From Negativicutes bacterium (GTDB lineage Bacteria > Bacillota > Negativicutes > JBAXTZ01), in NCBI GenBank assembly GCA_041666525.1, contig JBAYGT010000001.1, positions 132,014-196,013 of the forward strand: a stretch of 64,000 nucleotides of DNA. Direction: 5' to 3'. Numbering within the stretch: position 1 is the stretch's first letter; each line of letters opens with the position of its first letter. A program made the position numbers and the translations under genes. A model generated the notes under the pieces. That model was given only the letters and a program-made list of their open reading frames with translations. It searched no databases and was not told where the DNA came from. Below are positions 41,081 to 50,989 of this stretch, piece by piece.

Positions 41081-41824
41081 TTACATTACCATTCCGCCGT
41101 CAACATTTATGACTTGTCCAGTAATGTAACTTGCAAAATCAGAAGCCAGGAAACCAGCAATATACGCTACATCATCAGCTTTCCCCAATCTCGCCAACGG
41201 TATTTGTGAAACTAATTGTTCAACAACTTTTTCGTTTAATTCAGCGGTCATATCAGTAGAAATAAATCCCGGAGCAATTGCATTTACACGAATATTTCTA
41301 GCAGCCAGCTCTTTTGCCAAAGATTTGGTAAGACCAATAACGCCAGCCTTCGCGGCGGCATAATTTGCCTGACCGGCATTACCAATCTGACCGATTACTG
41401 AAGTCATATTAATAATACAGCCCGAGCGTTGCTTCATCATCGGTTTTACGACAGCTTTGCAACAATTATACACGCCTGTCAAATTGGTGTTAATAACGGC
41501 ATCCCATTCTTCCTGCTTCATCCTCATCAACAAATTGTCTCTGGTTATTCCCGCATTATTAACCAGAATATCTATTCTCCCAAACTTTTCAACTGTAGCC
41601 GCAATCATTGCTTCACAGGCAGTTGCATCTGAAACATCCCCTTTAAACAACAACACCTCAACACCAAGCGCTTCAGCGACGCGCTTACTCTCTTCAGCGG
41701 CACCAATGTTCCCGGCATAATTGATAACTATGTTCGCCCCTTGACCTGCCAACTGCGCAACAACTGCACGACCGATTCCGCGTGAGCCACCGGTAACAAC
41801 CGCTACTTTATTATCTAATCGCAT
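41081..41824 (-). CDS. fabG: 3-oxoacyl-ACP reductase
   Basis: 247 aa SDR with TGGSRGIGRA and YAAAKAG motifs. Confidence 0.9.
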   Translation of the reverse strand: MRLDNKVAVVTGGSRGIGRAVVAQLAGQGANIVINYAGNIGAAEESKRVAEALGVEVLLFKGDVSDATACEAMIAATVEKFGRIDILVNNAGITRDNLLMRMKQEEWDAVINTNLTGVYNCCKAVVKPMMKQRSGCIINMTSVIGQIGNAGQANYAAAKAGVIGLTKSLAKELAARNIRVNAIAPGFISTDMTAELNEKVVEQLVSQIPLARLGKADDVAYIAGFLASDFASYITGQVINVDGGMVM

Positions 41825-42762
41825 TTTTTCTCCTTAAGCAATTCAAGCATTTTGGCTATTGAGGCTTCGTCATCAATACCAATCGCAGTAATATCAGGCG
41901 CAATCTTTTTCATAAAACCCGCTAGCGGTCCGGCGCCGACTTCAATTACGAAATCAACACCTGTATTCACAATTTGGGCAACGCTATCTTCCCACAGCAC
42001 TGGAGAAGCCACTTGATGCACCAGTTTAGCTTTCAGCGTCGCCGCAGTTTTCGATGCCCTGGCATCCACATTGCTAATAATCGGAATCAGTGAATCGGAA
42101 AAATCAACAGTATCCAATACTTTTTCCAATTTTTCTGCTGCAGGTTTCATCAATAAACTATGAAATGGCGCACTTACCGGTAGAAGCAACGCACGCCGCG
42201 CTCCCGCGGCTTTCAGTTCTTCACACGCTTGATTCACCGCTGATGTGATACCGGCAATTACGATTTGACCAGGCATATTAAAATTCACGGCTTGCACTAA
42301 GCCAGTTTCTCCAGTAATTTTTGTGCAAATTTCGATTATTCTATCACGCTCTAATCCGATAATCGCCGCCATAGCCCCCTCGCCGGCCGGAACCGCTTCT
42401 TGCATAAATTCGCCCCGGGCTCTAACCGTTTTAACTGCATCAGCAAAACTCAAAACTTTACCGGCGACTAGCGCACCATATTCGCCCAAACTATGGCCTG
42501 CGGCGCAATCCGGCTTGATTCCCAATTCTTCTAACACTGCAAGTGCAGCAGCGCTTACCGTTAATAACGCCGGTTGCGTATTCATGGTCAACTTCAAGTC
42601 TTCTTCGGGACCGTTAAAACACATGTCAGTTATTGAAAACCCCAAAGTTTTGTCAGCTTCTTCAAAAACAGCGCGCGCAACAGAATATTTATCGAATAAA
42701 TCCTTGCCCATACCAATCTTTTGGGCTCCTTGTCCGGGAAATAAAAAAGCGATTTTAGCCAT
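41815..42762 (-). CDS. fabD: Malonyl-CoA:ACP transacylase
   Basis: It starts MAKIAFLFPGQGAQ (GGAGGAATT-ATG at 42762). The GHSLGE active-site motif is present. Confidence 0.9.
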   Translation of the reverse strand: MAKIAFLFPGQGAQKIGMGKDLFDKYSVARAVFEEADKTLGFSITDMCFNGPEEDLKLTMNTQPALLTVSAAALAVLEELGIKPDCAAGHSLGEYGALVAGKVLSFADAVKTVRARGEFMQEAVPAGEGAMAAIIGLERDRIIEICTKITGETGLVQAVNFNMPGQIVIAGITSAVNQACEELKAAGARRALLLPVSAPFHSLLMKPAAEKLEKVLDTVDFSDSLIPIISNVDARASKTAATLKAKLVHQVASPVLWEDSVAQIVNTGVDFVIEVGAGPLAGFMKKIAPDITAIGIDDEASIAKMLELLKEKKCD

Positions 42763-42870
42763 AATTCCTCCAAATATTATCGAGCTCAGCGCATAACCAC
42801 AGTTCCCAAAGTCAGTCCTGCGCCAAAGCCGCAACAATCAATTAATAGTTCTTTTCGTTACTAATCCCCA

Positions 42871-43431
42871 TTAAGACAATAACATAATAAATTTTGCCCG
42901 GAATATCTCCTGGGCGTTTTTTAAGGCTGTAACCTTCACCCTGTATATATCGTCAACGCGTCCTGTGAGTTCGGCTCTTGCGAAAATTTTATCACCTGCT
43001 TCAACCTGACCAATAAATTTTAAATAAACTTCACCTAAATATGCACTGGGCGCATTTAACAATGCCAACGAAAGCGCAACCGCCTGCTTGTATAAGCAAT
43101 ATCCTTGCTCTAACTTACTTTTATCCATCACCATCTGCGGAGTGATCTCCAGCATCGACATCGCAAAATTTGAAATATTCAACTCCAACAACTCGCCCAT
43201 ATCTTGATTCAGGCGAATTGCAGCGTGCAGTTGCTCTTTTGGCTCTTTAGCCAAACGCTTGGCTCGTTCTCGAACCTCAGGAATATTAAGCGCAACCCGG
43301 TCTAAACGCACCGTTTGGATACTTACTGCGAAAAGTTCCGAAAGCTCCCCGTCAGTCAAAAACGGATCAAGTTCAATTTTTTGTTTAAGCAGTTCTCGTC
43401 TGGCATCTTTATCATTTCGTAATTTTTTCAT
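42871..43431 (-). CDS. fapR: Fatty acid/phospholipid synthesis transcriptional regulator FapR
   Basis: 186 aa. It has an N-terminal helix-turn-helix and a C-terminal hotdog domain. It occupies the expected position between rpmF and the fab genes. Confidence 0.85.
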   Translation of the reverse strand: MKKLRNDKDARRELLKQKIELDPFLTDGELSELFAVSIQTVRLDRVALNIPEVRERAKRLAKEPKEQLHAAIRLNQDMGELLELNISNFAMSMLEITPQMVMDKSKLEQGYCLYKQAVALSLALLNAPSAYLGEVYLKFIGQVEAGDKIFARAELTGRVDDIYRVKVTALKNAQEIFRAKFIMLLS

Positions 43432-43466
43432 TTTTGTTACCTACTACTAAAACCTAGTCCTAACGC

Positions 43467-43495
43467 ATTATATTACGCTGACGTGAAAAAATCAA
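43467..43495 (-). promoter_or_regulatory. Sigma70-type promoter for fapR–fab operon
   Basis: On the minus strand: TTGATT, a 17-nt spacer, then TATAAT. An AT-rich leader (TTAGGACTAGGTTTTAGTAGTAGGTAA) lies before the ATG and is a candidate FapR operator region. Confidence 0.6.
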
Positions 43496-43520
43496 GAAAA
43501 AAGGCGAGCTTTCGCCCGCC
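43493..43520 (-). terminator. Rho-independent terminator downstream of rpmF
   Basis: GGCGA-AAGC-TCGCC (with extra GGC/GCC pairs) followed by TTTTTTCTTG on the minus strand. Confidence 0.6.
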
Positions 43521-43534
43521 ATAAATCTGTTACC

Positions 43535-43711
43535 CTATTCAGCAACTACAACTGCTTTGCCGTTGTAATGTCCACATTCCGGACATACACGATGTGGCAT
43601 TTTCACCTGATGACATTGCGGACAACTAACCAAATTGGGAACTTCAAGTTTCCAATTCGCGCGTCTTTTATCACGACGAGCCTTAGATGTTTTTCGCTTT
43701 GGTACTGCCAT
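43535..43711 (-). CDS. rpmF: 50S ribosomal protein L32
   Basis: Not in the ORF track because it is under 60 aa. Translation gives [58 protein letters not shown], 58 aa (177 nt including the stop). Confidence 0.85.
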   Translation of the reverse strand: MAVPKRKTSKARRDKRRANWKLEVPNLVSCPQCHQVKMPHRVCPECGHYNGKAVVVAE

Positions 43712-43750
43712 TTTAGCACCTCCTTGTAGCTATATGCCTTACCCGAAAGG

Positions 43751-44284
43751 CTAATTATTTATCAACTTTGCAAGTTTGGCAAATTGCGGGTTAATTTTTT
43801 CCTCGCCACAACGGCACTGTTTTTCATTGAAATTATTGCCACAGTCTGAACACAATCCTTTGCATTCGTCTTTGCACAATAACTTCCCGGGAATATTGAC
43901 ATGAATGTTTTCCACGACAGCGATCGACAAATCAACTTCATTGTCTTTAATTACGAATACATCATCGTTGTCAGTATCAGCGTTATACGCAAATTTTTCT
44001 TCAAATTCGATTTTATAACAATGCTCGAATTTTTCTAAACACCTGTCGCATACACTAGCTGCGCAAAACTTAATTGTTCCGGTGACAAAATACGATTCAA
44101 ACTCGTTTTTTATCTGACCCTGCACCAAAATCTCTGATATAATCGAGAATTTGCCATCAAAGAAATCTAGGCACTTTTGAGAAGTCTGCATTGAAAAATC
44201 AATGCTATCACCGTTTTTACCAACAATACTTCCAATATCAATCTTCAACAGTCCACCTGCACCTGATATATTATATTCACGCAA
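43751..44284 (-). CDS. yceD: YceD/DUF177 family protein (large-subunit rRNA accumulation protein)
   Basis: 177 aa with Cys-rich C-terminal motifs. It sits in the conserved yceD–rpmF position. Confidence 0.8.
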   Translation of the reverse strand: MREYNISGAGGLLKIDIGSIVGKNGDSIDFSMQTSQKCLDFFDGKFSIISEILVQGQIKNEFESYFVTGTIKFCAASVCDRCLEKFEHCYKIEFEEKFAYNADTDNDDVFVIKDNEVDLSIAVVENIHVNIPGKLLCKDECKGLCSDCGNNFNEKQCRCGEEKINPQFAKLAKLINN

Positions 44285-44306
44285 TGAACAAAAGTCAATC
44301 TAAAAA

Positions 44307-45512
44307 TTAGTCAACCAACGGTGCGCATATATCTCTTGTGTCACGAGCAATTACCAGCTCTTCATTTGTAGGAATAACAAATATTTTCACTTTGCTGCCT
44401 TCAACACTGATTTCTTGCGCTACTCCGCGGATATTGTTACGCTCTTCATCAATACGGGTACCCAAATATTCTAACCCGTTACAAATCATGTCGCGCATCT
44501 CTATCGAATTTTCCCCAAGTCCGGCGGTAAATACTATCGCGTCCACACCACCCATAACTGCTACATAAGCGCCGATATACTTGCGTACCTCTCCGGAAAA
44601 CATATCCAACGCCAGTTGTGCGCGCTCATTTCCTTCTTTCGCTGCTTTCTCGATATCGCGAAAATCGGACGAAACACCGGAAATACCCAACACGCCGGAT
44701 TTTTTATTCATGATATTATCAACTTCTTCAAGCGACATACCGGTTTTTTTCATCATGTAAACCGGTATCGCCGGATCAATATCGCCGCAACGAGTTCCCA
44801 TAATCAAACCCTCCAGCGGCGTAAATCCCATGCTGGTTTGAATTGAACGACCATACTTGACAGCAGCAATACTTGCGCCATTTCCCAAGTGGCAAGTAAT
44901 AATCCTCAAATCACTGGCATGTTTTCCCATCAATTCACCACAACGTTGCGATACATATTTGTGGGAAGTACCATGGAAACCATAACGACGAATTCCATAG
45001 TCGGTATAAGCTTCGTACGGCAAACCATACAAAAATGCCGCTTTAGGCATCGTTTGATGAAACGCCGTGTCAAATACACCAACTTGAGGAACTTTTGGCA
45101 TTAACTCTTTACAAGCGTTTATACCAACAATGTTTGGCGGATTGTGCAACGGCGCCATCTCAACACACTCTTCAAGTGCGCGCATCACTTCTGAAGTTAC
45201 CAAAACCGAACTGGCAAATTTTTCACCACCATGAACAACACGATGGCCAATAGCGGATATTTCATCCATACTTTTTATCACACCATGTTCTTCATTGACT
45301 AGCGCATCCGTTACCATTTGAAGCGCCACTGCATGATTTGGAATATCTGCAGTTATCACGACCTTATCGCGCTCACCCGGACAATGTGTCAAAATCGAAC
45401 CACTCATACCAATACGCTCGATTAAGCCTTTAGCTAAAACAGTTTCGTCGTCCATATCAAACAATTGATACTTCAAAGACGAACTTCCGCAGTTAATTAC
45501 AAGTATTTTCAT
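44307..45512 (-). CDS. ackA: Acetate kinase
   Basis: It starts [18 protein letters not shown] (GGAGGG upstream). The ASKHA fold and acetate kinase signature are present. Confidence 0.95.
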   Translation of the reverse strand: MKILVINCGSSSLKYQLFDMDDETVLAKGLIERIGMSGSILTHCPGERDKVVITADIPNHAVALQMVTDALVNEEHGVIKSMDEISAIGHRVVHGGEKFASSVLVTSEVMRALEECVEMAPLHNPPNIVGINACKELMPKVPQVGVFDTAFHQTMPKAAFLYGLPYEAYTDYGIRRYGFHGTSHKYVSQRCGELMGKHASDLRIITCHLGNGASIAAVKYGRSIQTSMGFTPLEGLIMGTRCGDIDPAIPVYMMKKTGMSLEEVDNIMNKKSGVLGISGVSSDFRDIEKAAKEGNERAQLALDMFSGEVRKYIGAYVAVMGGVDAIVFTAGLGENSIEMRDMICNGLEYLGTRIDEERNNIRGVAQEISVEGSKVKIFVIPTNEELVIARDTRDICAPLVD

Positions 45513-45569
45513 GAAACCCTCCAATTACTTTATTGAGTCATAAATTTCTGTTGCTAAATATTCGTCATA

Positions 45570-46523
45570 CTATCCAACAATCCCTGCAATATCGAGTGAA
45601 TTTTTAAAATGTTTTTTTGCGCAATAATTGAGAATATCCACTCCGTGCGTTCGAACAATTTTTGCCGCGTAATGTGTCACATGGCCGGCTGCACCTTTGG
45701 GCAGTTGAACGGCAAATTCATCATCGAGTTTTTCTAATCCCTGCAAAAAAAGCGCCCGCGCCAACACTGAAGCTGCCGCAACGGCAATATCGCTCTCTGC
45801 CTTGGGGACATTAATCAACTTTACACTTTTGGGCAATTCAAACCACTTGGCAAGTGTGGCATCAGCGGTAAACTTATCAACTATATATTGTTCAATATCC
45901 GGATTCTGTTGAAACAATTCGCGTGCGGCCTGCGCATGCAATTGCGCAAGTATATCATTCAAATTATGGCCGATTCGGGAAAATTCAGAATACTTAATGT
46001 TATAGTCTTTGGGAAACAATACCGCTTCGGAATAGAAAACGTTATCAAGCCATTTAATTTTTTCAGCCAGCTGAACAACTTTCTCGTCACCGAGTTTTTT
46101 ACAATCGCGGACACCGATTTCCTTCAACCGCTGCGCACTGGTTTTATCAACGCTTACTGCGGCTACTGCCAGCGGTCCAAAATAATCTCCTTTGCCAGCT
46201 TCATCTGAACCGCCCCAAACTGCAGCAGGTGCTATTTCAAATTTCCCGGTTTCTCGTATAACTGTTCTTGTCGAATCAAAGATTAGCAAGTGGCGCTTCA
46301 GCTCGGAGTCAGCACCGCCGACTACCACGCTTACACCTCTTTTACCTTGATAAACATTGACACTGACTTGCGAATTATTATCCGCTATTTTTAACTGCAC
46401 TCCGTAATTTATTGGTTTTTCAGAAATTACCATAAAGCAATTTTCGAATGAAAATTGCTTTATGGATTTAATTTTGTCAGCAATATTCACAGCACTCGCT
46501 TTCAAACAAACAACCTCGGACAA
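45570..46523 (-). CDS. rnhC: Ribonuclease HIII
   Basis: 317 aa. It has an N-terminal TBP-like domain and an RNase HII/HIII catalytic core (GSDEAGKGDYFGPL). Confidence 0.8.
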   Translation of the reverse strand: MSEVVCLKASAVNIADKIKSIKQFSFENCFMVISEKPINYGVQLKIADNNSQVSVNVYQGKRGVSVVVGGADSELKRHLLIFDSTRTVIRETGKFEIAPAAVWGGSDEAGKGDYFGPLAVAAVSVDKTSAQRLKEIGVRDCKKLGDEKVVQLAEKIKWLDNVFYSEAVLFPKDYNIKYSEFSRIGHNLNDILAQLHAQAARELFQQNPDIEQYIVDKFTADATLAKWFELPKSVKLINVPKAESDIAVAAASVLARALFLQGLEKLDDEFAVQLPKGAAGHVTHYAAKIVRTHGVDILNYCAKKHFKNSLDIAGIVG

Positions 46524-46542
46524 GCCAAGGTTGTAAGAATTA

Positions 46543-47076
46543 TTATTTTACTGCTGCTGCGCCACATTCAAAAGCTTTTTTGTTGATGCCAATCACTTCC
46601 GGTTTTGCTACAAATTTTTTCTCGAAAGCCAAAATTAAAGACTCCGGCTTTATTAGCGGTACAATTTTCAGTAACGCACCCAACATCACGATATTGGCAG
46701 TCTTTGCGTTTTTAAGATCAGCCGCGATATCATTTGCCGCTACGCCAAAAAACTTAACGTCCGCCCTTGTTTGCAAACGGTCGACTATTGACGTATTTGT
46801 CAAAACAACACCGTTGCTTGCCATCATCGGCTCGAATTTTTCAATTGACGGATTATTCATAGCAACCAATACTTGCGGCGTACTAACCAACGGATTACCA
46901 ATAACTTCGTCGGAAATTATCACCGCACAATTTGCGGTTCCACCCCGCATCTCCGGCCCGTAGGATGGCATGAAAGAAACTTTTTTCCCTTCCAGCATTC
47001 CGGCGTAGGCCAGCAATTGTCCGATTATCATTACGCCTTGACCGCCAAAACCTGATATAACTACTTCATATGTCAT
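46543..47076 (-). CDS. 2-oxoacid:ferredoxin oxidoreductase gamma subunit
   Basis: 177 aa, POR/KOR gamma family. Confidence 0.85.
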   Translation of the reverse strand: MTYEVVISGFGGQGVMIIGQLLAYAGMLEGKKVSFMPSYGPEMRGGTANCAVIISDEVIGNPLVSTPQVLVAMNNPSIEKFEPMMASNGVVLTNTSIVDRLQTRADVKFFGVAANDIAADLKNAKTANIVMLGALLKIVPLIKPESLILAFEKKFVAKPEVIGINKKAFECGAAAVK

Positions 47077-47825
47077 TTCGCGGCCTCCTCATAATCCTTA
47101 TATACTCCGAGTGGATAATACGGTATCATGTTTTTTTGTAACCAGTCAAACGAAACAACCGGAGTCAATCCCCAATTTGTGGGACAAGTTGAAAGAACTT
47201 CCACCAAAGAATAGCCAATTCCATCAATTTGACACTTGAATGCCCGCTTAATCGCCTCTTTGGCCTTTGCCATATTAGCCGGTGTATCTACCGAAACCCT
47301 TGCAATATATTTTGCTCCATCAAGCGTAGCCAGCATTTCAGAAACTCGGATTGGAAAACCAGCAGTTTTCACATCTCGGCCATACGGTGATGTTGTCGTT
47401 TTTTGACCGGGCAAAGAAGTCGGTGCCATTTGACCGCCTGTCATTCCATAAACAGTATTATTGATGAATATAGTTGTAATTTTCTCGCTGCGTGCCGCAG
47501 CGTGAACAACTTCTGCCGCTCCAATCGAAGCCAAATCACCGTCACCCTGGTACGAAAACACTACAGCATCCGGATGCACCCGTTTTATGCCGGTAGCCAC
47601 TGCCGGAGCTCTTCCGTGCGCAGCCTGTTGAAAATCACAGGTAAAATAGTTTTGAGCAAGCACCGAACAACCAACTGGTGATACTCCGATTGTTTTGTCT
47701 GCAACGCCAAGCTCTTCTAGCGCTTCCGCAACCAGTCGGTGGATTATCCCATGTGCACATCCCGGACAATAGTGAGTGTAATTTTCACTCAACAAGCTCG
47801 GTCGGCCAAATACTTTTTTCTCCAT
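47073..47825 (-). CDS. 2-oxoacid:ferredoxin oxidoreductase beta subunit (TPP-binding)
   Basis: 250 aa with the TPP-binding GDG motif (FSYQGDGDLASIG) and the Cys ligands. Confidence 0.85.
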   Translation of the reverse strand: MEKKVFGRPSLLSENYTHYCPGCAHGIIHRLVAEALEELGVADKTIGVSPVGCSVLAQNYFTCDFQQAAHGRAPAVATGIKRVHPDAVVFSYQGDGDLASIGAAEVVHAAARSEKITTIFINNTVYGMTGGQMAPTSLPGQKTTTSPYGRDVKTAGFPIRVSEMLATLDGAKYIARVSVDTPANMAKAKEAIKRAFKCQIDGIGYSLVEVLSTCPTNWGLTPVVSFDWLQKNMIPYYPLGVYKDYEEAAK

Positions 47826-47826
47826 A

Positions 47827-48900
47827 CTACACCGCCTCGCTAACGCGAATTATTTCTTTTATCATTTGATCAACAGTCGGAATTACTCCGCCCATTTTAC
47901 CGCATAAATACACTGGCCGGCGATTGACTACCGCAAGCATTACATCTTCAATCATCTGCCCGGCACTCATTTCAGCAACTAAAAACTTCTTAGCTGTCGG
48001 TATCAAGTTTTGTATTGCCATGTAAGGAAATGGCCAAAGCGTTATCGGTCGCAACAATCCAACGCGCAACCCTTTTGCACGTAATTTATCGATAGCGCCG
48101 TGTGCAATTCTGGACATTATTCCGTAACCAACAACAACAATATCTGCATCATCCGTTAAATACGAGTCGAATCTAACTTCATTATTGGCTATAGTGGCAA
48201 ATTTTTCTTGCAGCACGACATTATATTTTTCTAAATCTTCAGCCTGCAGAAACAATGAATTTATGACATTCGGCCCACCTGAAGTACGTTTTGCGCGAGT
48301 AGTAGTTGCCCATTTGCTTTTATCTACATTTCGTTCAACAGGTTCTGGCAACACTGCAGGTTCCATCATTTGTCCGATTGCTCCGTCACCAAGAATCATT
48401 ATTGGCGTACGATATTTATCAGCCAAATCAAAGGCTTCGATAGTCAGATCAATCATCTCCTGAACACTGTTTGGCGCTAATACCAGCAACCGGTAATCCC
48501 CATGTCCGCCGCCTTTTGTAGCTTGGAAATAATCAGCCTGCGACGCCTGGATTGTTCCAAGACCTGGTCCGCCGCGCATAATATTAACAATAACCGCTGG
48601 CAATTGCGCTGCTGCAATATAAGAAATTCCTTCTTGTTTAAGACTTATTCCCGGGCTTGAACTCGATGTCATAACACGGGCACCAGCTCCTGCAGCTCCA
48701 TAAACCATGTTAATAGCTGCAACTTCTGACTCGGACTGTACAAACACACCGTTAACTTTCGGCATTCTGCGAGCCATATACTCGGTAATTTCTGTCTGTG
48801 GCGTAATCGGGTAACCAAAGTAATGCCGGCAACCTGCAATAACGGCTGCTTCAGCAATTGCTTCATTACCTTTCATTAAAACTTTCTCTGCCATATTCAC
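47827..48900 (-). CDS. 2-oxoacid:ferredoxin oxidoreductase alpha subunit
   Basis: 357 aa, POR/KOR/VOR alpha family. Confidence 0.85.
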   Translation of the reverse strand: MNMAEKVLMKGNEAIAEAAVIAGCRHYFGYPITPQTEITEYMARRMPKVNGVFVQSESEVAAINMVYGAAGAGARVMTSSSSPGISLKQEGISYIAAAQLPAVIVNIMRGGPGLGTIQASQADYFQATKGGGHGDYRLLVLAPNSVQEMIDLTIEAFDLADKYRTPIMILGDGAIGQMMEPAVLPEPVERNVDKSKWATTTRAKRTSGGPNVINSLFLQAEDLEKYNVVLQEKFATIANNEVRFDSYLTDDADIVVVGYGIMSRIAHGAIDKLRAKGLRVGLLRPITLWPFPYMAIQNLIPTAKKFLVAEMSAGQMIEDVMLAVVNRRPVYLCGKMGGVIPTVDQMIKEIIRVSEAV

Positions 48901-48902
48901 CC

Positions 48903-49106
48903 CTACTTATAAACTTCAATTGCTACATCAGGACAAGCGCGCCCACACAAAGCGCAACCAATACATTTGCTTTCATCGATGCACTCTGCAGGATTATAAC
49001 CTTTGGCATTAAAGACTGTTGATAATGCCATAAGCTTTTTCGGACATGCCCGCACACACAAAGCGCAACCTTTACACCGGTTAGTATCAACTATTACTTT
49101 AGGCAT
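48903..49106 (-). CDS. 2-oxoacid:ferredoxin oxidoreductase delta subunit (2x[4Fe-4S] ferredoxin)
   Basis: 67 aa from MPKVIV (GGAGGTG upstream). It has two CxxCxxCxxxCP motifs. Confidence 0.8.
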   Translation of the reverse strand: MPKVIVDTNRCKGCALCVRACPKKLMALSTVFNAKGYNPAECIDESKCIGCALCGRACPDVAIEVYK

Positions 49107-49114
49107 AACACCTC

Positions 49115-49684
49115 CTAAACCATCTCGACGGTGCAACCGCTGCCGATTTTAGCCGCATTTGCTTCGTCAGTATCTATATGCATTTCCAAACGGAAATCCT
49201 TATTCACACGGATAAGCACCTGGTCAAAAGTAAGACCACGCTCACCGCAAAATTTCACGCTAACGATATCTTTATCTTTAATACCAAACGCTTCCGCATC
49301 TGCCGGCGTCATATGAATATGCCGAAACGCAGCAATTGTTCCCTCAGATAAATCTACCTCACCACACGGTCCGACAAGTTTGCATTTTGCCGAGCCGGCT
49401 ACATTGCCGCTATCGCGAATCGGCGGTGCAATTTTTAATTTTAACGCATCGGTTAACGAAACTTCAACTTGTGTTTGCTTGCGGGTCGGACCGAGTACGC
49501 GTACACCTTTAATTGCTCCTTTTTCAGTGACAATATCAACTTTCTCGTTAGCAGCGTATTGCCCGGGTTGAGATAAATCTTTAAATACGGTGAGTTTTGC
49601 GCCGGTACCAAACAATTTTTCCAAATCCGCTTCAGATAAATGAACGTGCCGAGCCGATACACCGACAGGGATTGATCTTTTCAT
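49115..49684 (-). CDS. pduL: Phosphate propanoyltransferase / phosphotransacylase, PduL family
   Basis: 189 aa. It contains two PduL repeat motifs (GVSARHVHLS..., RHIHMTPADAEAFG). Confidence 0.8.
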   Translation of the reverse strand: MKRSIPVGVSARHVHLSEADLEKLFGTGAKLTVFKDLSQPGQYAANEKVDIVTEKGAIKGVRVLGPTRKQTQVEVSLTDALKLKIAPPIRDSGNVAGSAKCKLVGPCGEVDLSEGTIAAFRHIHMTPADAEAFGIKDKDIVSVKFCGERGLTFDQVLIRVNKDFRLEMHIDTDEANAAKIGSGCTVEMV

Positions 49685-49712
49685 TTTTTACCTCTTAACT
49701 TTTATTCTCGCT

Positions 49713-50987
49713 TTAGCGAGTATTAAATTTGGCAACTTCTTGATAGAGCCGCTCTTCATCGATGGTCAACAGCTGTCGGTTTTTCACGACAATTTCACCA
49801 TCAATAATCACTGTTTCAACATCAGTTGAATTGGCCGCATAAACAAATTGCGATGAAATATTGTTTCTCGGATGCCAATGCGGTGCGCTCATGGACATTA
49901 TTATAACATCTGCGGTATAGCCAGGTAAAATTTTTCCGCATTTTTTTAATCCAAGCGCTTCTGCGCCATTGAAAGTAGCCATTTTTATCGCTTGCGGCGC
50001 CGTCAGCGCGGTCGGCGACATACAATTCCCTTTTTGAAGCAGCGTAGCTAAACGCAGCTCTTCAATAATGTCTAAATTATTGTTACAAGCTGCTCCGTCA
50101 GTACCAAGCGCAACACAAATATCTCGTTCCAACATTGCTCTTATCGGCGCAATGCCGTTACCCAAAAACATATTTGAACCGGGATTGTGGACAACACGGA
50201 CGTTGTTTGCAGCCAAAATTTCAACATCACTTTCATCAACGTGCACGCAATGCGCCGCCAGCAGCCCGCAATCCATCAAACCACAGTCCCGGGCAATTGC
50301 AACCGGTGATCTTTGATATTTTTCATAAGCTTGCTCAACTTCAAACCTGGACTCAGAAATATGCATATGTACTTCGGCGCCAACAGCTTTTGCACTGTCG
50401 GCAATCCGGTTCAAATACTGCGGCGCACAGGAATATAGCGCATGCGCACCAAGCATTACGCTCAACCGGCCGTTGTAAGCACCATTGAAATCGGTAAAAA
50501 ATGATCGCGCATCTTCCAATCTGCTGCAAAAGCCGCCTTCCGGATCAGCGCCGACGGCGACTATCCCACGGGACAACACTGCACGAATTCCGCTATCACC
50601 TACAGCTTGCGCCATTTCGCGTAAGAAAAAGTACATGTCTCCAAATGCAGTCACCCCGCACTTGAGCATCTCAGCAATCGCCAGCTGCGTTCCCCAATAA
50701 GCGCTCTCGGGTGTCAGCCGCTCTTCGGCGGGTAAAATTTTCTCCTCTAACCACCGGTTGAGCGGCAAATCATCGCCCAAACTTCGAAACAGTGACATCG
50801 GGGCGTGGCAATGAGCGTTGATCAATCCGGGCATAATTAATTTATCACTGCAATCGATTATTTCGTCGAATTTTTCATCTGAGCGGTACTCACCGACCTG
50901 TTTTATTATATTCTTTTCGATAACTATCGAGCCAAGCGCCAATGAGCCGTCGTGGTGCAATATTTGTGCATTTTTTAGTAATAACAC
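49713..50987 (-). CDS. mtaD: 5'-methylthioadenosine / S-adenosylhomocysteine deaminase-like amidohydrolase
   Basis: 424 aa with metal-ligand motifs (PGLINAHCHAPMSLFRSLGDDLPLNRWL; HISE; TDGAACNN). It is a close MtaD-family match. Confidence 0.8.
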   Translation of the reverse strand: MLLLKNAQILHHDGSLALGSIVIEKNIIKQVGEYRSDEKFDEIIDCSDKLIMPGLINAHCHAPMSLFRSLGDDLPLNRWLEEKILPAEERLTPESAYWGTQLAIAEMLKCGVTAFGDMYFFLREMAQAVGDSGIRAVLSRGIVAVGADPEGGFCSRLEDARSFFTDFNGAYNGRLSVMLGAHALYSCAPQYLNRIADSAKAVGAEVHMHISESRFEVEQAYEKYQRSPVAIARDCGLMDCGLLAAHCVHVDESDVEILAANNVRVVHNPGSNMFLGNGIAPIRAMLERDICVALGTDGAACNNNLDIIEELRLATLLQKGNCMSPTALTAPQAIKMATFNGAEALGLKKCGKILPGYTADVIIMSMSAPHWHPRNNISSQFVYAANSTDVETVIIDGEIVVKNRQLLTIDEERLYQEVAKFNTR

Positions 50988-50989
50988 AA

